Of a stretch of 64,000 nucleotides of DNA, positions 45,248 through 53,098 are shown in pieces. A model generated the notes under the pieces. The model was not told the DNA's origin. It made no database searches and saw only the letters and a list, made by a program, of their open reading frames with translations. The position numbers and the translations under genes were made by a program. Every line of letters starts with the position of its first letter. Within the stretch, counting starts at the first letter, position 1. The DNA lies in contig JBOGKM010000098.1 in the NCBI GenBank assembly GCA_050747745.1, forward strand, positions 76,297 through 140,296. Direction: 5' to 3'. Source of the stretch: Terriglobales bacterium (lineage in GTDB: Bacteria > Acidobacteriota > Terriglobia > Terriglobales > SCQP01).

Positions 45248-46795
45248 ATGAGCCTGAACTTACTTGCGCGCAAAGATGTTCACGCCATGCTGGCGGAAAC
45301 GGAAGGGGAAAAAAGCGGCCTCAAGCGCACGCTCGGTCCCTTCAACCTGGTCACGCTGGGCATAGGAGCCATCATCGGCACCGGCATTTTCGTACTGGTC
45401 GGACCGGCGGCGGCCATCTACGCCGGTCCGGCGGTGGTACTCAGCTTTGTGGTCGCGGCGATTGCCAGCGCGTTTGCCGGGATTTGCTATTCAGAATTCG
45501 CAGCCGCCATCCCAATTGCCGGCAGCGCATACAGCTACGGCTACACGGCGCTGGGAGAAATCATCGCCTGGATCATTGGCTGGGCGCTGATCATGGAATA
45601 CGCGTTCGGGGCGGCTACGGTCGCCGTGGGCTGGTCCGGGTACATCAACAGCCTGCTGCACACCCTGAGCATCAACATTCCGCCCAGTCTCTCGGCCGCG
45701 CCCGGCACCCAAGTGGCGTTCCTTGGGGGCATCTGGAAGCCGATCACGTCCCTCACCGGGGCCGATAAAATCGCCGCGCTGAGCGCGCCGCACGCCGTCG
45801 CCCACTTCAATCTTCTCGCCTTCGTCGGCATCCTGCTGGTCACCGCGATACTGATCATCGGCATTTCCGAATCCGCCAACATCAACACCGCCATCGTGGT
45901 GATCAAGGTTGCGGTGCTTTTGGTTTTTGTCGGAATCGTCATCGTGTTCCTGAACCGGACGGGATGGCAAAGCGCGGTACACAACTGGACCACCCCATCG
46001 TTCATGCCCTTTGGATGGTCCGGCGTTTTTAAGGGGGCGGCGTTCATCTTCTTCGCTTACATTGGGTTTGATGCCGTCTCGACAGCGGCTCAGGAATCGC
46101 GCAAACCGCAAAAAGACATGCCCATCGGCATTCTCGGCTCGCTGGTGGTATGCACCATCCTGTACATCCTGGTGGGCGGGCTGCTGACCGGCCTGGTTCC
46201 CTACAGCATTCTGAACGTACCCGATTCGCTCGCCGTAGGGGTGCATCACACCGGCTTGGCGTGGGGCGAAGTCCTGATCGATGTGGGCGCCATCTGCGGC
46301 CTCTCGTCCACCATGCTGGTGATGTTGCTGGGCCAGTCGCGGGTTTTCTACACGATGTCCGGCGATGGCCTGTTGTTCAAGTGGGCCAGCAAGATCCACA
46401 AGAAATTCCGTACGCCCTATGTTTCCAGCGCGGTCGTCGGCATCGCGGTAGCCGTCGTTGCCGCCTTCTTCCCGGTGGACAAGCTCGCCGATCTCACCAA
46501 CATCGGCACCCTGACCGCGTTCGCGATCGTGTGCGCCAGCGTCTGGGCGATGCGGCACCGCGAACCGGACTTGAAGCGGCCGTTCCGCACGCCCTGGGTG
46601 CCCGTGATACCGATTCTCGGCGTACTGATTTCGATCGGCCTGATCTGGGAGCTGACGACGCTGACCAAAGAGGCGTTCCTGATCTGGCTGGTGATCGGCC
46701 TGATCATTTACTTTGTCTATGGCCGCCATCACAGTGAAGTGCAGCGGGCGCTGCAAAAGGCCACCTCGGCCATCCCCGGCGCGGTGGGCAAGTAG
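45248..46795 (+). CDS. APC-superfamily amino acid permease (cationic amino acid transporter-like)
   Basis: LKRTLGPFNLVTLGIGAIIGTGIFVL and AGSAYSYGY; about 14 hydrophobic segments. Confidence 0.85.
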   Translation: MSLNLLARKDVHAMLAETEGEKSGLKRTLGPFNLVTLGIGAIIGTGIFVLVGPAAAIYAGPAVVLSFVVAAIASAFAGICYSEFAAAIPIAGSAYSYGYTALGEIIAWIIGWALIMEYAFGAATVAVGWSGYINSLLHTLSINIPPSLSAAPGTQVAFLGGIWKPITSLTGADKIAALSAPHAVAHFNLLAFVGILLVTAILIIGISESANINTAIVVIKVAVLLVFVGIVIVFLNRTGWQSAVHNWTTPSFMPFGWSGVFKGAAFIFFAYIGFDAVSTAAQESRKPQKDMPIGILGSLVVCTILYILVGGLLTGLVPYSILNVPDSLAVGVHHTGLAWGEVLIDVGAICGLSSTMLVMLLGQSRVFYTMSGDGLLFKWASKIHKKFRTPYVSSAVVGIAVAVVAAFFPVDKLADLTNIGTLTAFAIVCASVWAMRHREPDLKRPFRTPWVPVIPILGVLISIGLIWELTTLTKEAFLIWLVIGLIIYFVYGRHHSEVQRALQKATSAIPGAVGK

Positions 46796-46799
46796 GCAT

Positions 46800-46828
46800 T
46801 TGACTGCGCGCACGCACAAGCGCACACT
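46800..46828 (+). promoter_or_regulatory. Candidate promoter TTGACT-17 nt-CACACT, ending 6 nt before ATG 46835
   Basis: The -35 (46800-46805) is a 5/6 match to TTGACA with a 17-nt spacer. The -10-like hexamer is 46823-46828. The geometry points to a leaderless start at 46835. Confidence 0.35.
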
Positions 46829-46834
46829 ACAGGC

Positions 46835-47401
46835 ATGTTCTGCGATGCTGTGATCCGGGATGCGTCCCGGCCCGGGCGCCGCGAGCACGATCCGGAAGCC
46901 GCGGTCTCGCCACTGATGGCGCATGCGTTTGACCGGCGTTCGCTGCTGAGCGAGCTCAAATCCCGTGGGGTCCGGCTGACGGCGCAACGGCGGGCGGTGG
47001 TCGAGGTCATTCAGGAAGCCAACGAACATCTGGATGCGGGCACGCTGCTGGAGCGCGCGCGGGCGCGCGGGGCGAACGTGGACCGCGCCACCGTGTATCG
47101 CACTGTCGAGCTGCTGAAGAAGTATCGGCTGGTGGATGAGCTGGATCTGATGCACCTGCAGGGAGAAAAGCACTACTACGAGGCGCGCACACGGGGCGAT
47201 CATGTGCATCTGGCCTGCCTGAACTGCGGACGCATTCTGGAATGCGCCACGCCGCTGCTGGACTGGCTGAAGCTGGAGCTGGCGACGCGCACGGGCTTCG
47301 AGTTGAAGGTAACGCGGCTGGAGGTGGGCGGGTATTGCGCTGCCTGCCGGGCCGCACACCCGCAGCCGGAGGCGGCGGCAGGCGCGGCGGCACAGCTGTA
47401 A
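46835..47401 (+). CDS. Fur-family transcriptional regulator
   Basis: GVRLTAQRRAVVEVI, ATVYRTVELL, HVHLACLNCGRILE and GYCAACR (two CxxC pairs). The homology core begins at MAHAFDRRS (46916). The longer start at 46835 is favoured only by promoter geometry. Confidence 0.8.
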   Translation: MFCDAVIRDASRPGRREHDPEAAVSPLMAHAFDRRSLLSELKSRGVRLTAQRRAVVEVIQEANEHLDAGTLLERARARGANVDRATVYRTVELLKKYRLVDELDLMHLQGEKHYYEARTRGDHVHLACLNCGRILECATPLLDWLKLELATRTGFELKVTRLEVGGYCAACRAAHPQPEAAAGAAAQL

Positions 47402-47482
47402 ACCCGCAGGAGCGGGGCCGCCAGCTGCGATACACTGGGCACAGTCTGAAGGGCCGGGAGCTGGCCGGCAGCACGCCCGATT

Positions 47483-49606
47483 GTGAGCACACCGAACCAG
47501 AGCGGACCCTTGCCGCCAGCGCGCCTGCACGGAGGCGCCGGACAAGCCACGGCGGCGCACGCGCGCGCGCGCAGCGCGCAACTATTGAGCCAACTGCTGC
47601 ATTCAGCGCTGTTCAAGGTGACCGCCGGTCTGGGCGTGATCACGCTGATACTGGGCGCGCCGACGCTTTTCGGCCACGCGCCGCTGGGATGGTTCGGGCT
47701 GTTCCGGGCAGCGTTTTCCATTGCGCTATTCATTTTCCTGGTGCGGCTAGTGTTTCTGCTGGCCACGGAGACGCTGTGGCTGCTGCGCAACCGGTTGATC
47801 CTGGCGTACGTTTTCATGGGGGTGGTGCCGGTGCTGCTGATCGCGGGGATGCTAGCGATTGGGGCCTACATGTTTTATGGCCAATACGCCTCCTACCTGC
47901 TCCTGAACGAACTCAACCAGCACACCCACAACGTGGGCGCGGTGAACTCGCTGACCGTGCGCGAGCTGGACCGTCATCCTAATCGCGTGGACAACGGTCC
48001 CGAGCTGAGCCGCTACTATGCGAGCTATTACTTTCCCCGGGGCTATGGCGGGGTGCGATCGTTTTTTTTCAGCGGAGGCAAGCCGGTCAGCAAGGTGGCC
48101 ACGCGTTTGGGCATGCCCCCAAGCTGGGTGCAGCCGGGCTTTGTGGGCCTGATCACCCGCAACGGCCATTACGCCATCGCCAGCTTCGGCGCCACACGCG
48201 AGCGCCACGAGGCCGAGCAGGTACTCACGCTGTACGCGCTGTCGGTGCGCAACCTCGACACGCTGGCCAAACCGCTGGGGCGGATATCGCTGGGATTGGG
48301 GTTCAACAGCACCACCGGGGTCACCAACGGCAAGGGGACGCCGACGCTGGCCAGCCAACTGCCGCTGCGGGCGGCCCACAGCGTTTTCGACATACGCATA
48401 ACCAGCTTCGCCTTCATTCCGGTGAGCAACTGGAAAACGGGCAAAAGCGGAACTATCATTGCCGCCATCACCACCCGGCCGACGCTGCTCAATGACCAAC
48501 TGTTCTCCAGCCTTCAGGTCAGCGGTCCGCCGACGCAGGGCAACCGCCTGCCGCTGTTGGTACTGGGGGTGGTCGGGGTGGGATTTCTGATCATCGAGCT
48601 GTTCTCGTTCGTGGCGGGCATCCGGCTGACGCGCACCATCACCGGGGCGGTGAACGATCTGTACGTGGGCACCGAACACATCAATCGCGGACAGTTCGAC
48701 TACCGCATTCCGGTGCGGCGGCGGGATCAACTGGCGGCGCTGTCGCACAGCTTCAACACCATGACCGAATCGATCGAGCGGTTGCTGGCCGAGCAGCGCG
48801 AGAAGCAGAGCCTGGAAAACGAGCTGATGATCGCGCACGAGGTGCAAATTCAGTTGTTTCCCCGCATCCCGCCCCGGCTGGCGGGGCTGGAAATGGCCGG
48901 CCGCTGCCTGCCGGCGCGGGTGGTGAGCGGCGACTACTTCGATTTCCAGCAATTGAGTCCCAGCAGCGTGAGCCTGGCGCTGGGCGACATTTCGGGCAAG
49001 GGCATTTCGGCGGCGCTGCTGATGGCCACCATCGTGGCGGCGGTGCGGGCGTATCAGCCCTCGCTCGCCGATCGGGCGGTGGCGGTGGCGGCGGGCGGGG
49101 GTGGCAACGGCAGCGAGGCGGAGGCGGACGGCGAGCAAGCCGATCCGGTGCGGCTGCTGGAGCGGCTGAACCATCAGTTGTACCATTCGACGCCGCCGGA
49201 GAAATACGTGACGCTGTTTTACGCGGTGTACGACGCGAAGCAGCGGGAGCTGCGCTACACCAACGCCGGGCATCTGCCGCCGGCGGTGCTGGGGCCGCGA
49301 GGCGTGCGGCGGCTGGATCGCGGGGGCATGGTGGCGGGACTGTTCGAAGCGGTCAGCTTCGAGCTGGGGCGTATCCCGCTGGAGCGGGGCGATCTGCTGG
49401 CGGCGTGGAGCGATGGTGTGACCGAGCCGGAAAACGAGTACGGAGTCGAGTTCGGCGAAACGCGGCTGCTGCAAATGCTGGAGCTGAACCGCAGCCGTCC
49501 GCTCAGCGAAATTCTGGACACGGTGCTGCATGCGGTGCGGGACTGGAGCGGGGCGGCGGAACAATCCGACGATATTACGCTGGTGCTGGCGCGGGTGGCG
49601 GAATAA
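47483..49606 (+). CDS. Membrane sensor with HAMP domain and a PP2C/SpoIIE-type serine phosphatase domain (RsbU-like)
   Basis: N-terminal TMs flank an extracytoplasmic domain of about 250 aa. HAMP region (RLTRTITGAVNDLYVGTEHINRGQFDYRIPVRRRDQLAALSHSFNTM). Phosphatase motifs VSGDYFDF, GDISGKGISAALLMA and SDGVTE...DDITLV. Confidence 0.85.
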   Translation: MSTPNQSGPLPPARLHGGAGQATAAHARARSAQLLSQLLHSALFKVTAGLGVITLILGAPTLFGHAPLGWFGLFRAAFSIALFIFLVRLVFLLATETLWLLRNRLILAYVFMGVVPVLLIAGMLAIGAYMFYGQYASYLLLNELNQHTHNVGAVNSLTVRELDRHPNRVDNGPELSRYYASYYFPRGYGGVRSFFFSGGKPVSKVATRLGMPPSWVQPGFVGLITRNGHYAIASFGATRERHEAEQVLTLYALSVRNLDTLAKPLGRISLGLGFNSTTGVTNGKGTPTLASQLPLRAAHSVFDIRITSFAFIPVSNWKTGKSGTIIAAITTRPTLLNDQLFSSLQVSGPPTQGNRLPLLVLGVVGVGFLIIELFSFVAGIRLTRTITGAVNDLYVGTEHINRGQFDYRIPVRRRDQLAALSHSFNTMTESIERLLAEQREKQSLENELMIAHEVQIQLFPRIPPRLAGLEMAGRCLPARVVSGDYFDFQQLSPSSVSLALGDISGKGISAALLMATIVAAVRAYQPSLADRAVAVAAGGGGNGSEAEADGEQADPVRLLERLNHQLYHSTPPEKYVTLFYAVYDAKQRELRYTNAGHLPPAVLGPRGVRRLDRGGMVAGLFEAVSFELGRIPLERGDLLAAWSDGVTEPENEYGVEFGETRLLQMLELNRSRPLSEILDTVLHAVRDWSGAAEQSDDITLVLARVAE

Positions 49607-49610
49607 GCTC

Positions 49611-50363
49611 TCAAGCAGGGAAGGAGGCGCGCCAGGCGGCGAGCGCGGGCGGGGTGCGGGGGCGGGCGCCCAGACGGCGCATGCGTTCTAGCGCACACTC
49701 GACGAAGCGCAGCGAAAAGGCCACGCCCAGCGCGGTTGGGCGGTAGAGCAGAACGGCGGACTCACCCTCGAAGGGCAGGGGCGCGGCGCGCCAGAGAGGA
49801 TCGAGGCGGGAAGCGGACTCGCGCGCCAGCGCCGCCCACTGCCGGGGGCGAAGGTACAAGCTGGTGAGGTGGTCGTGGCGTCCCCAATCGCTTCCCCGCT
49901 GCAGGGCGGCGATGTTGGAGACAAAAACGGCGAGGCGGGCGCAGCGCGCCAGCTCGGCGAGGGCGGCGCGGGCGGGCGCGGCGTCCAGGTATTGCAGCAC
50001 ACCATTGCAGTAGACCAGATCGAATTGCGCTGGGGGGAAGGGCAGGCGGGTGCAATCGGCGCGCAGCGTCAACCCGCCGCCCCAGGCGGTGCGGGCGCAG
50101 CGCACGGCGTAGCGGCTGAGGTCCACGCCCACGGCACGCACGCCCAAATCGCGGCGGGCCCAGGCGGCGAGGGCACCCTTGCCGCAGCCGGCATCGAGCA
50201 GGGTGCGCGCACCGGTGAGCTCGACCAGGGTGCTGAGCTGCGCCTCGACGACGGGAAAATAGTCGGGGTAATAGCCGTAGCCGCGCACCTCATCGCCGCC
50301 CTTGAGGCCGGGCGCATAGTCGGGGTCTTCGAAGTAGCGACGCTCGAAGCGGCCTTCGCTCAT
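49611..50363 (-). CDS. Class I SAM-dependent methyltransferase
   Basis: The real start is MSEGRFERRYFEDPDY. Motif I is LLDAGCGKGALAAW. ATGA overlap with the upstream small ORF. Confidence 0.75.
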   Translation of the reverse strand: MSEGRFERRYFEDPDYAPGLKGGDEVRGYGYYPDYFPVVEAQLSTLVELTGARTLLDAGCGKGALAAWARRDLGVRAVGVDLSRYAVRCARTAWGGGLTLRADCTRLPFPPAQFDLVYCNGVLQYLDAAPARAALAELARCARLAVFVSNIAALQRGSDWGRHDHLTSLYLRPRQWAALARESASRLDPLWRAAPLPFEGESAVLLYRPTALGVAFSLRFVECALERMRRLGARPRTPPALAAWRASFPA

Positions 50364-50527
50364 GCGCGCTCGTCCTGGCGGCGCCAGTTGGGCTTGTGCT
50401 TTTCCGGTTTGCGGCGCTGGTCGGGCACGGCCGAGCCGGGCGGCACGGGTCCGATGCGGCTGCGGGCCATGGTGCGCACCAGCTTGTCCGCGGTAGGAGC
50501 GCGCGGGCGTTTGCGTTTTGAGGCCAT
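50360..50527 (-). CDS. Small (55 aa) highly basic hypothetical protein
   Basis: MASKRKRPRAPTADKLVRTMARSRIGPVPPGSAVPDQRRKPEKHKPNWRRQDERA. Its stop overlaps the methyltransferase ATG (ATGA), which argues for translation. I recognise no family. Confidence 0.45.
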   Translation of the reverse strand: MASKRKRPRAPTADKLVRTMARSRIGPVPPGSAVPDQRRKPEKHKPNWRRQDERA

Positions 50528-50930
50528 GACGGTCTGTCCGATCATACAGGAGCGGGGCGGGGCGATCTGCGGCGCGGGCACGAGGCCACGGAACCCGCCG
50601 TGCCGAATTACGACCAACTCGGGCGCTGCCGCTTGCGGGAGCGAAACTGTAACCCGGAGTGGGTATAAGTTGTTGTTTTGCGGGCAGGTGGCAAGTTACA
50701 CCGCTGAGCTGGCGGGCGTTTGGAGGTCGTCGTAATTTCCGGGGCATGAGGCGGCCTCCGCGCCCCATCGCCATTCCCTACAAGGGATGAAGTTAACTTT
50801 GGCACAATTTAAGTCCTTTGAAATCTGCGGGCGGCGTGTCAACCCGTTGGATGGCAAGAAGGAGGACAGGCGGCGCAGTTCGGACTACCAGCGTCTAACC
50901 GCGCCCACGGGGATGCCAGCGGGCCGCCTG

Positions 50931-50958
50931 GAGGAACAAAATGAGGAGCAAAACGAGG
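50931..50958 (+). repeat. Tandem 12-nt repeat GAGGAACAAAAT GAGGAGCAAAAC GAGG
   Basis: Read from the sequence inside the AT-rich intergenic island. Confidence 0.6.
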
Positions 50959-51019
50959 CTACGGATATATAGAGTCCAAAAGTTGGGAAAAGGTTGGGGG
51001 ACAGGCAAAATAAATTTGA

Positions 51020-51041
51020 GTTTGTGACAATTTTGTGACAA
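51020..51041 (-). promoter_or_regulatory. 11-bp-period direct repeat TTGTCACAAAA TTGTCACAAAC (Pho-box-like)
   Basis: On the plus strand this reads GTTTGTGACAA TTTTGTGACAA. It lies 12 nt beyond the maf stop. AT-rich -10-like hexamers (CAAATT, TATTTT) follow on the minus strand within about 20 nt. Confidence 0.4.
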
Positions 51042-51052
51042 TTGCCGACGAC

Positions 51053-51622
51053 TCAGGATGCCTGGAGTTGGCGCCAGAGGCACCAGACCAGCGCCAAGGG
51101 CAGGCCCACGACGTTCGAATAGGAGCCTTCGATGCGGGGGATGAAACAGGCGGCGCGGCCCTGAATGGCGTAAGCGCCAGCCTTGCCGCCCGGTTCGCCG
51201 GTGGCGATGTAGGCGTCCAGGTCGGTGGCGGACAATGGGCCGAAGGTGACGGCAGTAATATCGAGGCCGGAACACTCGCGCGAGCCGAGGCGAAGGCAGA
51301 CGCCAGTCAAGACCTGGTGAGTGCGGGCGGCAAGCTGGGTGAGCATGGCGCGGGCGTGGGCGTCGTCGCGGGGCTTGCCAAACAACTGGTCGCCCAGCAC
51401 CACGACCGTGTCGGCGCCGAGCACGGGCGAGTCGTGGACGGAGGGGGCGATGGCGGCGGCCTTGGCGCGGGCGAGGCGGAGCACGTAGTGTGCAGGATCC
51501 TCATCGGGCAGGCGGGTTTCGTCGACATCGGCGGGGTGCACCTGGACTTGCCATCCGGCTGCCTGCAGCAGCTCGCGGCGGCGTGGCGAAGCCGAGGCCA
51601 GGCAAACGAGCGGCGGCATCAT
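51053..51622 (-). CDS. maf: Maf-family nucleoside triphosphate pyrophosphatase
   Basis: MMPPLVCLASASPRRRELL, GADTVV, GKP and GAYAIQG. The ATGATG start overlaps the stop of the upstream gene. Confidence 0.9.
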   Translation of the reverse strand: MMPPLVCLASASPRRRELLQAAGWQVQVHPADVDETRLPDEDPAHYVLRLARAKAAAIAPSVHDSPVLGADTVVVLGDQLFGKPRDDAHARAMLTQLAARTHQVLTGVCLRLGSRECSGLDITAVTFGPLSATDLDAYIATGEPGGKAGAYAIQGRAACFIPRIEGSYSNVVGLPLALVWCLWRQLQAS

Positions 51623-52932
51623 AGGCGGAGCTCGGGCTGGGCCAGGGTGGCGGCAGCGGCGGTCTTGCTGCGGCTGCACCAGGCCTGCCAAGCAAGCAGG
51701 AGATAGAGCGGGGCGTATTCGAGAGCGGTCCAGGGCGGGCTACGACCGATGAGGTAAGCCCAAACCACGGCGACAGAAAAATACAGCCAGGCCGGTTCGG
51801 GAAAAAACACCAGCAGCGGAAGCAGCCACAGCAGGAACCAGGGCTGCACCTGGGGCAGCACCAGCAGCAGCACGCCCAGAATCCAAAACGCGGCGCGCAA
51901 GGGCGGCATGCAGCGCACGCAGGCGAGCACGATCACCAGCGCGCCCAGCGCGCAAGCCAGCACCGCTCCGGCATGGCTGCCGAACCAGGCTTGCGCCAAG
52001 GCATAGAGGCTGGCGTTGAAGGACGGGGCGGCGGCGGCGGCGCGCAGGTTGCGGCCAATATCGCCCAGCACGAAACGCGAGCTGGCAACCCAGAACGGGA
52101 GGCTGAGGACGACGGCGGTGGCGAAGAGCCAGCGCAAGAGGCGGGCCCAGCGATTACCGGCGGCAACCGCCACCACGGGAACCAGTGCCAGCGCGTACCA
52201 AAGCGTCGCAGCGGCGGCGGCGATGGCCACGCCCGCCGAACGGGCGCGGCGCTCGCATGCGGCCAACGCCAGCAGTACCAGCAGGGCGGCGATGGGTTCG
52301 ATATGCCCATGACCGGCGACTTCCAGCACCGCCAGCGGCGACCAGCCGTAGATCAGCGCCCACTCGGGCGGAAGCCGGCGAGCGGCCAGCATGCGGCCCA
52401 GCAGCGCCAGCAGAAGAAGATCGAAGACGACCAACAGGATCTTTTCGCTGCGCAGTCCGGGAAACCAGTTGTAGTTCTGGTGGGCGAGCAGTTGGGCGAG
52501 CGGGGGATGGATGGCGGCGCGGCCGGGGGATGGGATGGCGGCATCGGCGGGCGTGCGGATGGGATTGAACAGCGGGTTATTGGGGGCCCAGACATAAGGA
52601 TTAAAACCGGCGTGCTCGATCTGGCCGTCCCAGTGGAAGCGCCAGAGCTGAGAGCCGGAGGCGGGAGCGAGCGGCAACAGGGTGAGGCGGAAAATCACGG
52701 CGGCGGCAAATAAAAACCAAAGGGACTTGCGGCCCAGCCGGAGCCGGCCAGGCCCGTGCAGAACCAGCCAGACGGCGATCAGGTAGAATAAAGCTGCCGC
52801 GGAATACCATAATAGAAGCCGGGGGAGCGGCAGCACGGCAGCGCGCGCCAGCAGTTGTGTCCATACCGCCTCCAGCAGAACGGCAAGCGCAATGAGCGCA
52901 GGCAAGCGCGATCGTATGGCGAAGCGCCCCAC
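51619..52932 (-). CDS. Polytopic GT-C-type glycosyltransferase-like membrane protein (DUF2029/GT87-like)
   Basis: At least 10 hydrophobic segments. The periplasmic loop carrying HWDGQIEHAGFNPYVW and the HPPLAQLL motif resembles polyprenol-phosphate-sugar-dependent transferases. GTG start. Confidence 0.6.
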   Translation of the reverse strand: MGRFAIRSRLPALIALAVLLEAVWTQLLARAAVLPLPRLLLWYSAAALFYLIAVWLVLHGPGRLRLGRKSLWFLFAAAVIFRLTLLPLAPASGSQLWRFHWDGQIEHAGFNPYVWAPNNPLFNPIRTPADAAIPSPGRAAIHPPLAQLLAHQNYNWFPGLRSEKILLVVFDLLLLALLGRMLAARRLPPEWALIYGWSPLAVLEVAGHGHIEPIAALLVLLALAACERRARSAGVAIAAAAATLWYALALVPVVAVAAGNRWARLLRWLFATAVVLSLPFWVASSRFVLGDIGRNLRAAAAAPSFNASLYALAQAWFGSHAGAVLACALGALVIVLACVRCMPPLRAAFWILGVLLLVLPQVQPWFLLWLLPLLVFFPEPAWLYFSVAVVWAYLIGRSPPWTALEYAPLYLLLAWQAWCSRSKTAAAATLAQPELRL

Positions 52933-52937
52933 AGGCT

Positions 52938-52943
52938 TTTATA
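52938..52943 (-). promoter_or_regulatory. -10-like hexamer TATAAA (within the palindrome AGGCTTTTATAGCCT), 5 nt upstream of the GT-C GTG
   Basis: Read from the sequence. It shares the GGCTATAA context with the ileS and VWA elements. Confidence 0.3.
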
Positions 52944-53098
52944 GCCTAGCATTGGGGCTGGTGAGCTTTGCCGGTCTGTGGCAAACGGGGGCGCGGCAGC
53001 AGGGCGGGCTGCTGCATTATATCCATTCCGAGCTGCTCAACCGCACCTTCACGGTGGGTCAGGCGAATCTGCCACTGTATCAGGCCAACGGGTTTGAC

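Noticed and set aside
45248-46795. Apparently lower GC in the second APC permease (about 52% in a 120-nt sample), considered as a sign of horizontal transfer
   Set aside because: Third-codon positions in the same sample remain about 80% G/C. The dip is explained by the Ile/Phe/Val-rich membrane-protein composition rather than by foreign codon usage.
45491-49564. Minus-strand ORFs of 696 aa and 570 aa (45491-47581 and 47852-49564)
   Set aside because: They are antisense to the second APC permease, fur and the HAMP-PP2C gene, all of which have clear motifs on the plus strand. The translations are Arg/Gln/His/Pro-rich nonsense.
50801-50816. TGGCAC resembling the -24 element of a sigma-54 promoter
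   Set aside because: The required GC of the -12 element (TTGC[A/T]) is absent at the fixed 10-nt spacing. The sequence reads TGGCACAATTTAAGTC.
50787-50972. 61-aa ORF inside the AT-rich island (MKLTLAQFKSFEICGRRVNPLDGKKEDRRR…)
   Set aside because: It has no SD at a usable distance (AAGGG abuts the ATG). Its codon usage is unlike the rest of the window, with many A/T-ending codons. It overlaps the tandem repeat. It is more likely non-coding, though a horizontally acquired micro-ORF cannot be fully excluded.
50931-51041. Short tandem repeats considered as a possible CRISPR or minisatellite
   Set aside because: There are only two to two-and-a-half units of 11-12 nt with no spacers. That is far too short for CRISPR, and no cas genes are in the window.
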